Shown here in pieces: positions 25,893 to 39,869 of a stretch of 64,000 bases of DNA. The DNA is from Heteronotia binoei (lineage: Eukaryota), in assembly GCF_032191835.1 (NCBI RefSeq), contig NC_083223.1, forward strand, positions 90,706,001 through 90,770,000, in the 5' to 3' direction. The first letter of the stretch is position 1. Each line of letters begins with the position of its first letter. A model generated the notes under the pieces. The model was not told the DNA's origin. It searched no databases and saw only the letters and a list, made by a program, of their open reading frames with translations. The position numbers and the translations under genes are program-made.

Positions 25893-26003
25893 TAAATCTG
25901 AAACACCTATTATCTAAAGGGAACAAAAAGAATGTTCGCTGAGCTGTGTGGGCAGTTGTTTTCTCAAAGTTACTTCTATGTCATATATGGATTATATATC
26001 ACT
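25893..26003 (+). repeat. 111-bp direct repeat, copy 1
   Basis: Identical to 26625-26735 except T25915/C26647 and A25985/G26717. Confidence 0.97.
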
Positions 26004-26624
26004 AGCAATCATGACTTGATATTCTAATTTCTTCTCTCAGATTCAGCACAGCAATCAGGACCGCTTGGTATAGAAAGCAGGACAGTCTTCAATAATCTCT
26101 AAATGCAGTGGAGGTAAATACAATGATAATCTGAAAGAAGGACACTGCTTCCCTTCCTCAAGGTCAGGTCTGATCTGCACATACAATGTGTTTTCCTAGC
26201 CAGCTGTTTAAAAATACTGCTTACAAACAAAGTCTTCAGAATGCATTTATAATAATGGTGTTAGTGGAAATACAAAACCAAGTTTCTTTTGAAACAGTGT
26301 GTCTTAAGTTTGTATAGAAATTGCTCCAGGAACAAATTGAAAACTTAACCTGACAGCAAGTAAATCTAGCCAAACAATTCTACAAGCAAATTTTTGCACC
26401 ATGATTACATCATGTAAGCAAAATTAGTAACACAGATACCTAATTTCCTGCTAGGGTTTGGATATTGTTTTAGGCAGACTTGATATTTCGTAGTGAAATA
26501 CAGTGGAGGGGAAAGTAACATAATTTTGTTTTTTTAAAAAGGCAGCTAGTCAGAATTTTTAAAATGGGCATTCTATAAATAGTGTCAAATCCAAATAATG
26601 AAACTAATAATAGCAACATAAAAA

Positions 26625-26735
26625 TAAATCTGAAACACCTATTATCCAAAGGGAACAAAAAGAATGTTCGCTGAGCTGTGTGGGCAGTTGTTTTCTCAAA
26701 GTTACTTCTATGTCATGTATGGATTATATATCACT
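26625..26735 (+). repeat. 111-bp direct repeat, copy 2
   Basis: See copy 1. Period 732 bp. Confidence 0.97.
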
Positions 26736-27228
26736 GTTTCTATCAGGTTTTGATTTCAATTGTATTTGTAATTAAATTCTCTCTTTTGCCTTCTAGGTTT
26801 TTTTAAGGAAAGAAAAAACCCAGGATATTAAAATTCTTTTAAAACTCTGGAATCAATATTACCTTACAATGAGACATTACAATATGCTCTTAGAACCTTT
26901 AAAAAAAGATCACCCTTTCTCTGCAAATACCAAAAACAAACTGGCAGAGAGTTTAGCATACATAGGCCCAAGGAAATAAATGGGCATGCTTAAGTTTGTC
27001 TTGGATTGCACGTATTTGCACAAAACAGGATTTCCAGTTAAATCTCACTTTTCAGCACATTAACATATAGTGTACTTTGGTCGTCACAAGTTATATTTAA
27101 ATATGAAATCCTTTGAGGACTGCTATGCCTTTTATATATACGATCCCTTAAGATACTAATTAAGATTCTAAGAATATATTTAACATTATTCAGCTATTAA
27201 TAATGCAGTAAATAATAGCATAAATAAG

Positions 27229-27508
27229 ATGAAGGTGAAGATATTGGATTTATATCACGCCCTCCACTCCGAAGAGTCTCAGAGCGGCTCACAATCTCCT
27301 TTACCTTCCTCCCCCACAACAGACACCCTGTGAGGTGGGTGGGGCTGGAGAGGGCTCTCACAGCAGCTGCCCTTTCAAGGACAACCTCTGCCAGAGCTAT
27401 GGCTGACCCAAGGCCATGCTAGCAGGTGCAAGTGGAGGAGTGGGGAATTAAACCCGGTTCTCCCAGATAAGAGTCCGCACACTTAACCACTACACCAAAC
27501 TGGCTCTC
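27229..27508 (-). mobile_element. tRNA-derived SINE (Squam3-like gecko subfamily), full length and young-looking
   Basis: Reverse complement begins GAGAGCCAGTTTGGTGTAGTGGTTAAG (box A)...GGGTTTAATTCCCC (box B) and ends with gtgagccgctctgagactcttcggagtggagggcgtgatataaatccaata plus a (TCT)-type tail. Confidence 0.85.
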
Positions 27509-28479
27509 CTAGCCATCTACCTTAAGGCACATGTTCTATGCAAGTTTTGTAAAACTCAATTCGGAGTTACCCGCCTCCTCCCCCGGCCCAAGCTTTAGTA
27601 ATTGCAACTGGTAGTATCCAAGAGATGCACACACATTTTAGCAATGGTAGCAAGTGTTGACAAAGTTATGCTGTAAGAGACTTGGTCATTTAGTAGTAAT
27701 GGGGTGAGGGTGGGGGTGGCAGGGAGATCAGGATGCCCATGGCTAGAAGAACAAACTAGCCTAGGGGGAATAGTTGGTTCATAGGCAGTTATGGTTTTCT
27801 CAATGTAAGGAGACACTGAGTTGTGGGAAAAGCTTTAGGACTGAACTTCTCTAGGTGACAGCTATTGGAACCATAAATAAGGGAACTCCCTTATGAACTA
27901 TTGCACAGCTCTGGATACTTTTTGTCTCTTGGAGCATAGAGAATATTGTCCAAATGAATGGAATGCAACCATGGAATTTTGTTCCTAAAGGTCTTACCCT
28001 GTACTTTTAGGAGGATGGTGAAGAGGCAGTTATTTTAGTAGATTTGTAGTTATCTAGGCTTTAATTATCTATTGACATATTAACTCTGTCTTAAAAAAGA
28101 AGAGCCAGATAGATGTTTAATCATGCATTTAGATAAGGTTTTGCTGGACTGAAGGGACAATAGCTACATTAATGTGTGGTAAAAAGTGAACAGAAGATAC
28201 CCACACTAATACAAAGGAAAGACACATCTAGAGCTACAGGAGAAAGAAAGAATTCATGGCAAGGGACTTCTATTTATTTTTATTCTATGTTCCTCACTTT
28301 ATTGACTCCCTATATTTGATGTAAGAATCCTGGTCAGGACACAATGTAATTAGCCAGTTGTATCCAATAGTGTTTTTTCTGCTTCTGCTCTTCAGGAAAA
28401 TGTGGGATCAAAAAGTCTTCCTACTCCATTTGATTAATAAAATTTGTAATTGTGCTTCTTTCAAAAACTAATAATGTTG

Positions 28480-28915
28480 CAGGAGTCCCCAATCTTTTTG
28501 AGTCTATGGGCACCTTTAGAATTCTGACACTGGGTGGTGGGCGAAACTACAAAATGGCTGCTGCAGTCAGCAGAACCAACCACAAAATAGTGAGGAGTGG
28601 CTTCATGCTTTAACTCTTCAAAATTACCAGCAGCAGCTGTGTTTAACAGCATACTTTAAAAAATGAACATATTGTTTAAAATATTTTCTTCCATGCACAA
28701 AGTTCCCCTTTAGTCTCATAGTGCAGCTCCTTATGCTGTGGTACCAGCTGCTGATGAAGCAACCTTTTAAGTCAATCAGGTTTTCAAAGGCCAATCAGAA
28801 GCCTTGCTGGGTAAAAGTCCTACATGGCCCCACCCACTTTGTAAAAACACTTGGGCTCCAGGACAGGTGTCAGTGGATGCCAGGGCACCCATGGACACCA
28901 TGTTGGGGACACCTT
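28480..28915. mobile_element. Old non-autonomous hAT-type MITE
   Basis: Imperfect TIRs caggagtccccaa / ttggggacacctt. No clean TSD. Confidence 0.5.
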
Positions 28916-29004
28916 ACCTAGAACATTCATTGAAATTTGGTATATTAAATAGGTGTACTTTTACTTTAAAACCTTGTATTATTTTGTTTTTTTGCAAGTT
29001 ATCC

Positions 29005-29217
29005 TTGAACATATGAAACTGCCTGACATGGACAGAGCCAGGCCATACGTGGACTGAGCCAGGTCTATTCTGACTGTCAGGGGTCTCCCTAGGACCTAAA
29101 ACAGAGGTCTTTCACATCATCTGCAACCTAATTCTTTTAATTAGGGATTACAGGGATTGAACCTGAGACCTTTGGCTTGCAAATCAGATGCTTATCACTG
29201 AGCCAAAGCTCCTCCCT
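29005..29217 (-). mobile_element. tRNA-headed SINE with CR1-like tail, degenerate
   Basis: Reverse complement gggaggagctttggctcagtgataagcatctgatttgcaagccaaaggtctcaggttcaatccc (box A/B), then gatgtgaaagacctctg and a ggcagtttcatatgttca tail. Confidence 0.65.
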
Positions 29218-29354
29218 TATGCCTTGCATTGTCCTCAAGCTCTTCTCTACTGGATTGAACCAAACTGTGTTTTTCCATCTCTCTCCCCCCCACACACACA
29301 CAGCGTTCTGGATGCCAAGAGTTTTATGGGGGTAGTTATTGTATCCCAGTTATT

Positions 29355-30947
29355 AGAATCATAGAATCAGAGTTGGAATGGACTGCCAGGGTCATCTAGT
29401 CCAACCCCCTGCATAATGCAGGAAACTCACAAACACCACCCCCTAAATTCACAGGATCTTCATTGCTGTCAGATGGCCATCTAGCCTCTGTTTAAAAACC
29501 TCCAAGGAAGGAGAGACCACCACCTCCTGAGGAAGCCTGTTCCACTGAGGAATCGCTCCAACGGTCAGGAAGTTCTTCCTAATGTTGAACCAGAAACTTT
29601 TGATTTAATTTCAACTCATTGGTTCTGGTCCTACCTTCCGGGGCCACAGAAAACAATTCCACACCATCCTCTATATGACAGCCCTTCAAATACTTGAAGA
29701 TGGTGATCATATCGCCTCTCAGCCGACTCTCCAGACTAAACATCCCCAACTCCTTCAACCTTTCCTCATAGGACTTGGTCTCCAGACCCCTCACCATCTT
29801 CGTTGCCCTCCTCTGGACCCGTTCCAGCTTGTCTATATCCTTCTTAAAATGTGGTGCCCAAAACTGAGCACAATACTCCAGGTGAGGTCTTACCAGAGCA
29901 GAGTAAAGCGATACCATCACATCACGTGATCTGGACACTATACTTCTGTTGATACAGCCCAAAATTGCATTTGCCTTTTTAGCCACCACATCACACTGTT
30001 GACTCATGTTCAGCGTATGATCCACTAAGACCCCTAGTTCCTTTTTGCACATACTACTGCTGAGACAAGTCTCCCCCATCTTATAACCATGCATTGGATT
30101 TTTCCTACCTAAATGCAGAACTTTACTTTTATCCCTGTTAAAATTCATTTTATTGATTTTAGCCCAATTTTCCAGCCTGTCAAGATCATCCTGTATCCTG
30201 TTTCTGTCTTCTTCTGTGTTTGCAACCCCTTCCAATTTCGTATCATCTGCAAATTTAATAAGCATTCCCTCTATTCCTTCATCCAAATCATTGATAAAGA
30301 TGTTGAACAAAACAGGTCCCAGGACAGATCCTTGAGGCACTCTACTTGTCACTCCTCTCCAAGAGGATGAGGAACCATTCACAAGCACTCATTGGGTGTG
30401 ATCTGTCAACTAGTTACAGATCCACCTAACGGTAACAGGATCCAAATCACATTTTACCAACTTTTCAACAAGGATAATATGTGGAACCTTATCAAAAGCC
30501 TTACTGAAATCAAGATAAACGATGTCTACAGCATTCCCCTGATCCAACAAGGTAGTAATTTTCTCAAAAAAAGAGATCAAGTTAGTCTGACATGACTTGT
30601 TCTTGAGAAACCCATGCTGGCTCTTAGTAATCACAACCATCTTTTCTAAATGTTCCAGGACCGACTGTCTGATGATTTGTTTTAAAACTTTTCCAGGTAT
30701 AGACATCATGCTGATGGGTTGGTAGTTACCCGGATCATCTTTTCTCCCCTTCTTGAAGATGGGGACAACATTCACCCGCCTCCAATCTTCCAGTACCTCT
30801 CCTGTTCTCCAAGAATTCTCAAAAATAATAGCCAGAAGCTCAGAAATTACATCTGCAAGCTCTTTTAGAACCCTTGGATGCAATTCATCTGGCCCTGAGG
30901 ACTTAGTTTCATTTAAAGAAACTAGTTGTTTATGTACTACCGCTATA
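29355..30947 (-). mobile_element. 5'-truncated CR1 LINE (RT domain to 3' end) with few lesions
   Basis: ORFs 30410-30883 (HPRVLKELAD..., QHGFLKNKSCQTNLISFF, VYLDFSKAFDKVPH) and 29579-30388 (VPQGSVLGPVLFNIFINDL, KFADDTKL, LERVQRRATKMVRGLE). 3' (ATTCTATG)-type repeat at 29355-29368. Confidence 0.95.
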
Positions 30948-33900
30948 GTTTCAACAAATAATAGAATAGTGGCATGTTATTTGGATTTGTTTACAATTTG
31001 ATTATTTTTAGTTAAGAATTATTGGACTGGGCCTATGGAAGTTACCCTAGATGAGCTGATGGCATCTGATAGGCTATTGGTTTTACTAACACAATAGAGG
31101 TAAGAAAAAAAATTCAATCCAAGCTTCAGGTAGCTCAGTATTTGTCATCTTCCTCCTCAACATTTGGAATGCTTGCCTCAGTCATCTGGACTAGTATAAA
31201 TAAATGTTCTTAGTCTTCCTCCCAGCAGGGACATTGCGGTGTACCTCCTCATTTCAAGAAGAGCTGTGTATGACAAAAATTAATAACTTTCCCTGGCATT
31301 TATTAATTATAATTTTCACATACCTTCAAGCATGGGTTTGACCTGAAAGAGCACACTCTCACATCAAAGAGATAATGCAAAAACACAAAATTATGAAGAA
31401 ATCAAGCTTGATTGAGATGGAAGGATTTTGTTTTTCTGAGTAGTGAGAAAATGGAATTACTGAGGGCTTCCCTACAGTTTTAAGCAAATACAATGTCTTT
31501 CAAGTGCCAATTCAGAGTGTGATCCCCTTTCTCTCCCATTAAAAAGGAAAAGTACCATATCAGATAAATGACCTATATATTTTATGTATATTCTGCTCTA
31601 TATTTGACATTATTATTCCAAGTGCCATTATTATCCACTCAAAGTCAGCCAAGAAGTTAATCAACCCTCAAGTGCAATTAAGCAGCAGGAAAAAGAAACA
31701 GGTCCTAAGTAACACTTATTCTATCTTTGCGTATGCAGCACATAAAACGGGGAAAAAAGACTGATGAACAATATTTATGTTGAGTAATCAATTTTAATTC
31801 AGTTAAAAATTTCCTTGAGTCTCAGTTAGACATGCTTTTTAAGGCAAAGGAAAACAAAGTGAATGTTCTAAAATACATAACTTTCTGAAATGAACTTTGT
31901 GCAAAATTTCAGAGCACCAAAAGAACCCCCATACACCTACTATTAAAGCTTCAACACTGTAGTAATACACCATTTATTTTCCTGCTGTTATGGGGATAAG
32001 ACATAAAGGGCTGTGTAAAGGACTTCCATATGTCCCTCGGGGCTGCTGCATGTTCACATCCCCTTTCCTCTCTTCCTGATCACAACATTCAGGAGAGTCT
32101 CTGAAACAGTCTCCGATGATGCATGAGGAGCTAGCAGTAGAAATTGGGAGAGCACTTACAGTCTTAAGGTCTTAAGATTCTGACCCCAAAGTGCTGAGCA
32201 TGGTATTTTCATATTATTGGCTATAACTTCTTCTAGACAGTCTTCCTTCAAAGTTCAATCATATTCTCTACAATGTATATCCAATTTTTTAACTATTTCT
32301 TTCCTTTAGCGGTCCTTTCAAATAACCCGATGCAACAATTACAATATAGTCAGAGTATAAGAGTAACAGTGCATAGTATTTGACAAGCCTTCAGAATCTA
32401 AAATATTGAACAAAATGACCAAAGAACTAAGAGTTGCAAAACTTGTCCCAGAATAAATTAGTCTAAAATTTGGAGAGAACAACCAGCTGCTCTGACTTAT
32501 AAACAAAGTCAGGTACACTGTAAACCAGAACAGATTTTCTTCATTGATTTCAATAGTATTCAATAGCTTCATAAGTGCCCTCAGATGTAGTACGGATTGT
32601 AAAAATGGAAGGCAGACATCATATCACCATAGTCATAATAAATAATACCCTAGTTGCAACTGGAAATATTAATATATTTTTGCTTAAAGAATACATTACC
32701 TTGCACACCCTGAGCTATATTATTATCCAATAAAAATAAGGCATATTTTAAAATTTTGAAATGTGTAAACATATATAGCCAAAAGGAGCACTCTCTTGTA
32801 GAAGATATGTACATATATAATTTTAAATACAATGCATATGTGTTATTTATAAAAACACATTTAAAATATTAAAAATAAAAGCAATTCTACAGAACTAGAG
32901 CAAATTTCCGTTCTAGTGGGATGTTCAGATTTAAATATTTTTAAACCAGTTCTGACATGCATGTCCTGTTTATTTTAACTCCATAACAATATGTTTGGTA
33001 ACCAGCATGAAGTTTTAGCCTAAATCCAGCAGGGAACAAAAACAGCAGGAATCATTCCTGTGAATGTGGCAACAAATTTTCTAGCCTGGCAGGATCACAT
33101 AAATCTGTGCAGCTGTCTGTCTACACTTAGTTGTCCCTCATATTTCTCTGTACAATAGCATGTACATAATCAGAGTCATATCTGACCATATGCAAAGAGT
33201 GAGGCTTTCAAGTGCTAAGTAACCTGGCATTACTTGTAGCTCCTTAAAAGTAAAGCTGCATGAAGGAATTGGGATGGCATCCTTTAGTGGTAAAGGGAGA
33301 AGAAAACAGTACGATTCCAGAGGGACAAAAGTACAGGAACTCAGATTTTTGGATTCTGAGTGTTTTACCAGATTCTAGAAAAAATATATCTGAAAAATGT
33401 CATAAAAGTGCAAAAGTGGTTTAGTATTTGGAATGCTTAACTCAATAATAAGTTTATAATCAACTTAGAGCTTAGTTTATTGATTCTTTCAAACATTCCA
33501 TTCTCAGGAGGTCCTCCTTTTGTTAGTATTTTGTTTAAATGCTCTTTAGTGCAAAATTAGTTCTTAAGAGTCATAACCTCTTCTCCATTTCTTCAATACA
33601 GTAATTCAGTCAGAAGTAAAGGGTGTCATGGACTGCAGTCTCAAGTTAGATAAGAAAAAATACCAGCAGAATATGGGTGCAATCCAGAAAAGGCTATATG
33701 TGTTTAAGACCCATAGCATATTAAAAGGATGCAAATATATAATAGTGGTTTAAATCCTATTTTCAATGGGATTGTAAAACATTCTTTGGATTATTTTCCT
33801 ATCACACAAATAATCTACATGCTTACCAGATGTGCATACAACGTGCAGCATCAGAAATATGATGTCATTAAATATTAATTCATATTAGCAAAAAGATCAA

Positions 33901-34849
33901 TAAAATACAGTCTCATCTAATGAAATACAAACATAAGAGGAATCCTGAAATGTGTCCATCAGGACATTCAGTCTATAAAAGGAGTTAATACAATTAAAAA
34001 TACATCTGCAGTCAATTTCTTCCATACTTAACATCAAGAAAAAAATCAGTATGTATTAAAACAATATGACTATTGGTTATATTATTTTTCTGTTATTAAT
34101 AATTTAAAATCTGAAATCTATGCATCTAATCCAAAGTGATCCTAGAATAGTATCTACAGAAATAGGACAGCAGTTTTATTAGAAGTCAGACGGACAACTT
34201 GAGATGACTGAACTTCTAACTCATTTCAGAACTGGCTATGTCTTTTAGGCTTCCTGTAAGAAAGAAGACCTTAAGCTCTCCATCTTCACAACTTCCCCCT
34301 TAACAAACTTACCCTGTTGGGGGCGGGAGAGAACAAAAGCAAGGAGTTGGTGATGGCTTGATTGTGAAATTCCTAGGCTTCCAGGAAGCAATGGAAGCAC
34401 TTCCGCATGAGTGTAATCAGTCAGTGCCTCTGGGACCTAGCGCTTTTAATTGCTCTTGGCTCAACTTTTTGATAGTAGATGTCTTAAAACGGATGTCTTT
34501 ATGCTGTGAGGTCTCAATGACACCATGCCATCCACATGCAGAAGTAACTGGGAAATGAGAGTTTTGCTGCTGGTTGTGAATAATGAACTGGTCCAAACTT
34601 TCAGGGGAGGTTTGGGCATGGCTCACAAAAGGCTCTGATTAAGAATTTATGAGTTCACTATCCTCTTTGATGACATCACTACTGGACAGCCAGTTGCATA
34701 TTGTAGTTAGCTTAGCTAAACTAATGTCATATTGAAATAAATTGTAAGAATAATTAACAATACGATTCAGTGAACAAGAGGTATCTCTTCAGCAGTATAA
34801 AAAAGGTGACAGCTTAATTTTTAAAAATTCAAAATCAGACATTTAAACC

Positions 34850-35480
34850 TAAGAACATAAGAACCACCATGCTGGATTGAACCAAAGGCCCATCTCATCC
34901 AAAATTCTGTTCACACAATGGCCAACAGCTACCTCTAGGAAGCCCACAAACAGGAAGACTGCAACATCCTGCCTGTGCTGCCCCAGAGCTGATTTTAAAA
35001 GTGCTACCTCTGGTACTGGAGGGAATAGATAGTCATCATGATTAGTAGCCACTGATAGCCCAGTCTTTCATGAATTTGTTCACCCCCTTTTAAAGCCTTC
35101 CAAGTTGGTGGCCATGACTGCATCCTGTGGCAGCAAGTTCCATATATTAACTATATGCTGTGTAAAGAAATACTTCATTTTTTCTGTCCTGAATCTCTCA
35201 CCTTTCAGTTTTAGTGGATGATCCCAGGTTCCAGTATTATGGGAGCGGGAGAAAAGTTCCTCCCTCTCCACACCATACATAATTTTATATATCTATCATG
35301 TCTCCCCTTACTAGCATTTTTTCTAGGCTAAACAGCCCTAGGAGTTTTAACTGATTCTCATAGGACAGCTGCTCTAGCCCTCTGATCATTTTGGTTCCAT
35401 ATGGGGTTTTTTTTGCACCTCTACCTTTTTCAGGTGTGGTGGCCAAAATTGTAGACAATATTCCAATTGTGGTCTCACCG
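34850..35480 (-). mobile_element. CR1 3' fragment, degenerate, with an internal deletion
   Basis: Fragments MIRGLEQLSYENQLKLLGLFSLEK..RGDMI and LFSRSHNTGTWDHPLKL. aagaacataagaacc 3' end. Confidence 0.85.
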
Positions 35481-37577
35481 TGAATATTACATTTTGCAAC
35501 CACACCAATTTTTTTAAATTGACAGGATCACAATTCAATACTAATGCAGATAATCCAGATAAAAGACATTCGCTGTAATCCACAATGGGGAAATTTTCTT
35601 TGTTCTACCTTTGAAAGCATAGTGTCAGGAAAAGCATCTTTTTAAAAAAAAAATCAATCTGGTGTGGTGAAGAGAGATATAATGCATCCAGGTTGCCTGC
35701 ATTGTAGAGTATTCTTTAAGAATTCAAGAATGTTTGCTTGTTAACAAACTACTGATTATTTGGAGACCAAATTCTCTCTTGCAATTAAAAGGTTTAATTT
35801 ACTAATCTCTTCAATGAAGATGTTAATTTAATCCAAAGTGACATAAAATTAATGTAAAAGAAACTTGCTTTGTAAAAACAATTAATGTAAAAGAAACAGA
35901 CATGATCGTACACTCCACAAATATTATTGTGAATCCAGGCATTCACACTTGGAAATCTATTTGCTCAACAGAACTTTGACACTCCCTCTTTCTTGCACTC
36001 AAGTGTTGCTGAAAAAAAGTATCTTCTGATGGTCAAAGGATTCTTGGAAACAACGAGCTACTGCAAGAAAGGCTAAATCAGCAGAAACCACTCCTCCTTC
36101 CACTCATAAAAGGAGGAGAGTTAAACACAATTTTGTCTCTTGTACTAACCTTCACATTGGAAGGAAGAGGAGCCAGATGGTTTCCGCCAAAAACTGCTCT
36201 ACTTTTCTTCTAGGTCACGTGTACATGATGCTGGGAGTTCTGTAAAGAGCACAGCTTCCAACATTTTCTAAATTGTCATGTATTGGAGCCCAATTTGAAG
36301 GGGGGGGAGGGTTAAGCCATTCCATTGTGCCATTTTCTTGATCTGGAACAGCTGCTATTTGACCCATTGAGGTAAACACACCAGTTCTCATATAGTCCTA
36401 CATGTTTCCCATTTTGACAGGGACAGGTCAGAAACAGAACCCACTTATCCCAGGCCAGGAGATATACCTTGTGATGAAAGCCCTTAGGCACAGCTGGAGG
36501 AGAAACAGTGCTCTAATTACTCTGAGAAGTCTGCTTAGGAAAGGTAAGGCAAGTCCCAGGTAGAGACAGTGAAAACTAACTGTCCTGGATCCAGCAGCAG
36601 TTAGTAGCAGCTGGGAATAGGTGTGGCAGCAGGTCAGCCAGGACAGGGTGCTGCTTAGTAAGGCAGGACTTAAAAGCAGCAGCCAGAGGCTGGTGAGTAG
36701 TGGCTGATGGTGTAGCAAGGGGAACTTGTGAGCCCTGAGGTAGAAAGGGTGCTGTCAACTACTTACTTGTGCTGTCTGTATGGAGGTCTGAATAAATGAC
36801 TGACAGAACTGACTCGAGAGTCCAGCAGGTACTTGGGGAATGGGACTGATGGACTTTAAGCCTGCTGGCTATGGGCTACAGTACATAGACACTCGGCCCT
36901 GCCACACCCATGCACTGCAAACAGTGACTCCCTGGGACCATTTCAGGTTGGGAAAATGATACTGGGGGGGGGGACTTCTCCATCAATCCGGACTATGTCC
37001 CTCTTACATAATTTTTCAAAATAAAAAAAATGCTGGGAGTTTGTGGAACTCCCAGTGCCACATGTAGCTGCGTCTTCTCTTCTCCACTGACTTCAAATAA
37101 TGCTCCATCTCTGATGTGCTACTGTTGCACTGAGAGATCTTTTATCTCAAAGAACAGTAAACAAAAATATCAGAATGGGATCATAAAAACTTTCATAGCA
37201 GTGATATCATGTCCCTCATTTTACATTTAAATTCAGTTCTTTATTAATGTGGTCATTTGACCAACATATGATCAATTTACTCATTTTATTATTATTACTT
37301 ATAACCTTGGGAGGCTAGATATGGGACTATTGTCTTTGGCCTTACAAAGTACTCTGCCTTTGATTATAATATGCTTTGGCAGAATTTTATACTTAGGATG
37401 GTCAATAAATACTTAGCTTCGCATCATTTATTGGGAATGAAAAATTCCCTATCATGCAGTTAATAGAAAGAAATGTAAGAACCCACAAGGACTTGCAGAA
37501 GACATCTCATTTCTCCCTCCTCCACTGCTTCCTCTTTCTTTCCTGAAAGTCAAAAGCCTCTTCCCGTTTCCTGCTCT

Positions 37578-38054
37578 GAGGTTGCCTACCTCCAGGTTGG
37601 GCCTAGAGATGTCCTGGAATCACATAGATCTTTCAGCTATAGAAATCACTTCCCCCACTTAGAGCTGCAGCTCCAGGTTGGCAAATTCCTGCAGATTTGG
37701 GGGTGAAGCTTTGGGATGGTGAGATTTGAGAAGGGAAGCAACTTCAGCAAGGTATAATGCTATAGAGTCCACCCTCCAAAGCAGTCATTTTCTTCAGAGG
37801 AACTGATCTCTGTCATCTGGGCAGCAGCTGTAATTCCAAGTGATCTCCATCCCCTCACCTTAGTCCCTTAAGGTGTGCACCTTAGTTGGCAACCTAAGTC
37901 CCGCCCCCCCCCCCTCCGGAGGAAATGGCTGCTTTGGACGGTGGAGGCTATGACAATATATCTATCTGAGATTCCTTCTCTTGTCAAACCCCACCCACCT
38001 CAGGATACACTCTCCAATCTCTAGGAATTTCCAAACTTGGAGTTGGCAACCCTA
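37578..38054. mobile_element. Cluster of nested short (T)AGGGTTGCCA-ended MITE remnants
   Basis: Several gttgcc / ttggcaaccta / ttggcaacccta termini with the shared ctccaggt..gg..ctgga core. Confidence 0.6.
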
Positions 38055-38362
38055 TCTTCTTCCCACCCAACAGCGTCCCTACCTTTATCTGCCCTTCTGT
38101 CTTAAGCTCCCCCCACAGCAACTTCTACCTAGGAAAACTATGTCCCAGTTGTGTGATGCCAGCTGCTGAGTAAGGCCCACTTGCATGGTAGACAATGCTC
38201 AAGGACTTGTGGGATGGCACTTCACATTCCTCTGTATCCCTTTTCCTACACTATTTCCCCTTTCCCTTCTGTGGGAAACCTCCACATTCTCTCTCCCCTT
38301 CTGCCTCATTTTCTCTGCCACTCACCAACATACCTTATAACTGCATTCCATCTTCAGTTATA

Positions 38363-38567
38363 TAGTTTATTTATTTCATTTTTACCCCAGCTTTCTCCAC
38401 ACTGGGGACTAAAGCAGTTTACAATATTCTCCTCTCCTCTTTTTAATCTGCACAACAACCCTGTGAAGTAGGTTAGGCTGAAAGTATGAGACTGGTCCAA
38501 AATCACTCAGTGAGCTTCTGCCGCAAGATGGGGATTCAAACCTGGGTCTCATACCACTACACCACGG
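38363..38567 (-). mobile_element. Squam3/MIR-like tRNA SINE, degenerate
   Basis: Reverse complement ccgtggtgtagtggtatgagacccaggtttgaatcccc...ctcactgagtgattttggaccagtc...cctacttcacagggttgttg with an aaataaataaa tail. Confidence 0.7.
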
Positions 38568-39359
38568 TGGTTTTCATAGGGTGGCTGCTGCTGAACAATA
38601 GCAGCCAAAGAAAAAACTACTGTGAAACAAGACACTAAGAATAATGATAAAGACATATGTAAAATACAATTGTATTTAGTTCTTCTTTCTAATCTCACAC
38701 AAAGTTACTACTGCCAGAACTGTCAAACTGCACACCAAAATATACAATACATTCATAAAAAATCTATGCGAAAAGTCAAATCAAATTTCTATATTCAATA
38801 TGTGCAAGTTCAATGCAAAAATCATGCAGAGATGAGAATTTTGTATATCACTCATTTAAATAACTTCTTCAGTTACAAACGTTTTACAAAAAATCAGATT
38901 TTTTAGAGACCAGACACGTCAGCTTACTTCCAAGAATAAACCTTCAAGATTTTCTGATGTCAGTAGAAGCTCTAATATGACAACTCCACATAATCAAGGG
39001 CATATTTTTTAAAACCAGCACCACTCCACAATTTCAAATGGAACTAATCTCAGCCCTTCTGTACCAACACTAGAAATTTCCATTGCATATGGAAATTTGA
39101 TTCAACTTTTCACTTAAATTTAAATTAAATTAATTTATTGTATATTTTGGTGTGCAATTTTGCATATGGGATTTTCTGGCAGTAGAACTTTGTGTGAGAT
39201 TAGAAACAAGAACTAAATATAATTGTCTTTTACATATGTCTTTATTGTTATTCTTAGCATCTTAGTAGTTTTTTTTTTCTTTAGTTGAACTGTAGCAGGC
39301 AGTTAGCTGAGTCATGTAAGTTGGGTGGTATGAAGCCACCAGAGGTTGCTCCTAGGCCA

Positions 39360-39560
39360 AGGGTTTCTAACCTCCAGATGAGACCTGAAGATCTCCCAGA
39401 ATTACAGAGATCTGACCCCTGGAGAAAATGATTGCTTTGGAGGTAGATTCTATGGCACAATATCCAGCTGGGGATGCCTTTACCCTCCCCAAACTCTTTC
39501 CTCCTCAGAGACTCCACCACAAAATCTTCAGGAATTTTCCATCCAGGAGCTGGCAGCCCT
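39360..39560. mobile_element. Short AGGGTTGCCA-family MITE remnant
   Basis: Ends agggtttctaacctccag / ggagctggcagccct. Core similar to the 37.6-38.0 kb copies. Confidence 0.5.
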
Positions 39561-39869
39561 TCCCAGGCCTTGGCCCTGATGAGTCCTCCCTCAAAAGAGA
39601 CCAGGAAAGGGCCCTGCCCCCTGCCCCTTCCTCCTCACATAAATCCAGCTTGGAATTCTGTGGGTGCCTAGCAACAGCCACTGGGGGAATCCACTGCTTA
39701 CAGCTACTCTTTTTATCATTTCTTGCTTCTTAGCCTGCCTTCCATGGTTGGTTTCATAATTTCATATTTTTCTGCAAACCTAGCTCCCATTTCAGGTCTA
39801 TAGAAAGATTTGTCACAGCTCCAGTCACTGGATTTAAGTATGCAAAATAGGGCGACTTTGCTATTAGAA

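Noticed and set aside
27440-27508. tRNA-like box A/B heads (also 29150-29217, 38500-38567 and 41800-41880)
   Set aside because: No complete cloverleaf evident, and they continue into SINE bodies.
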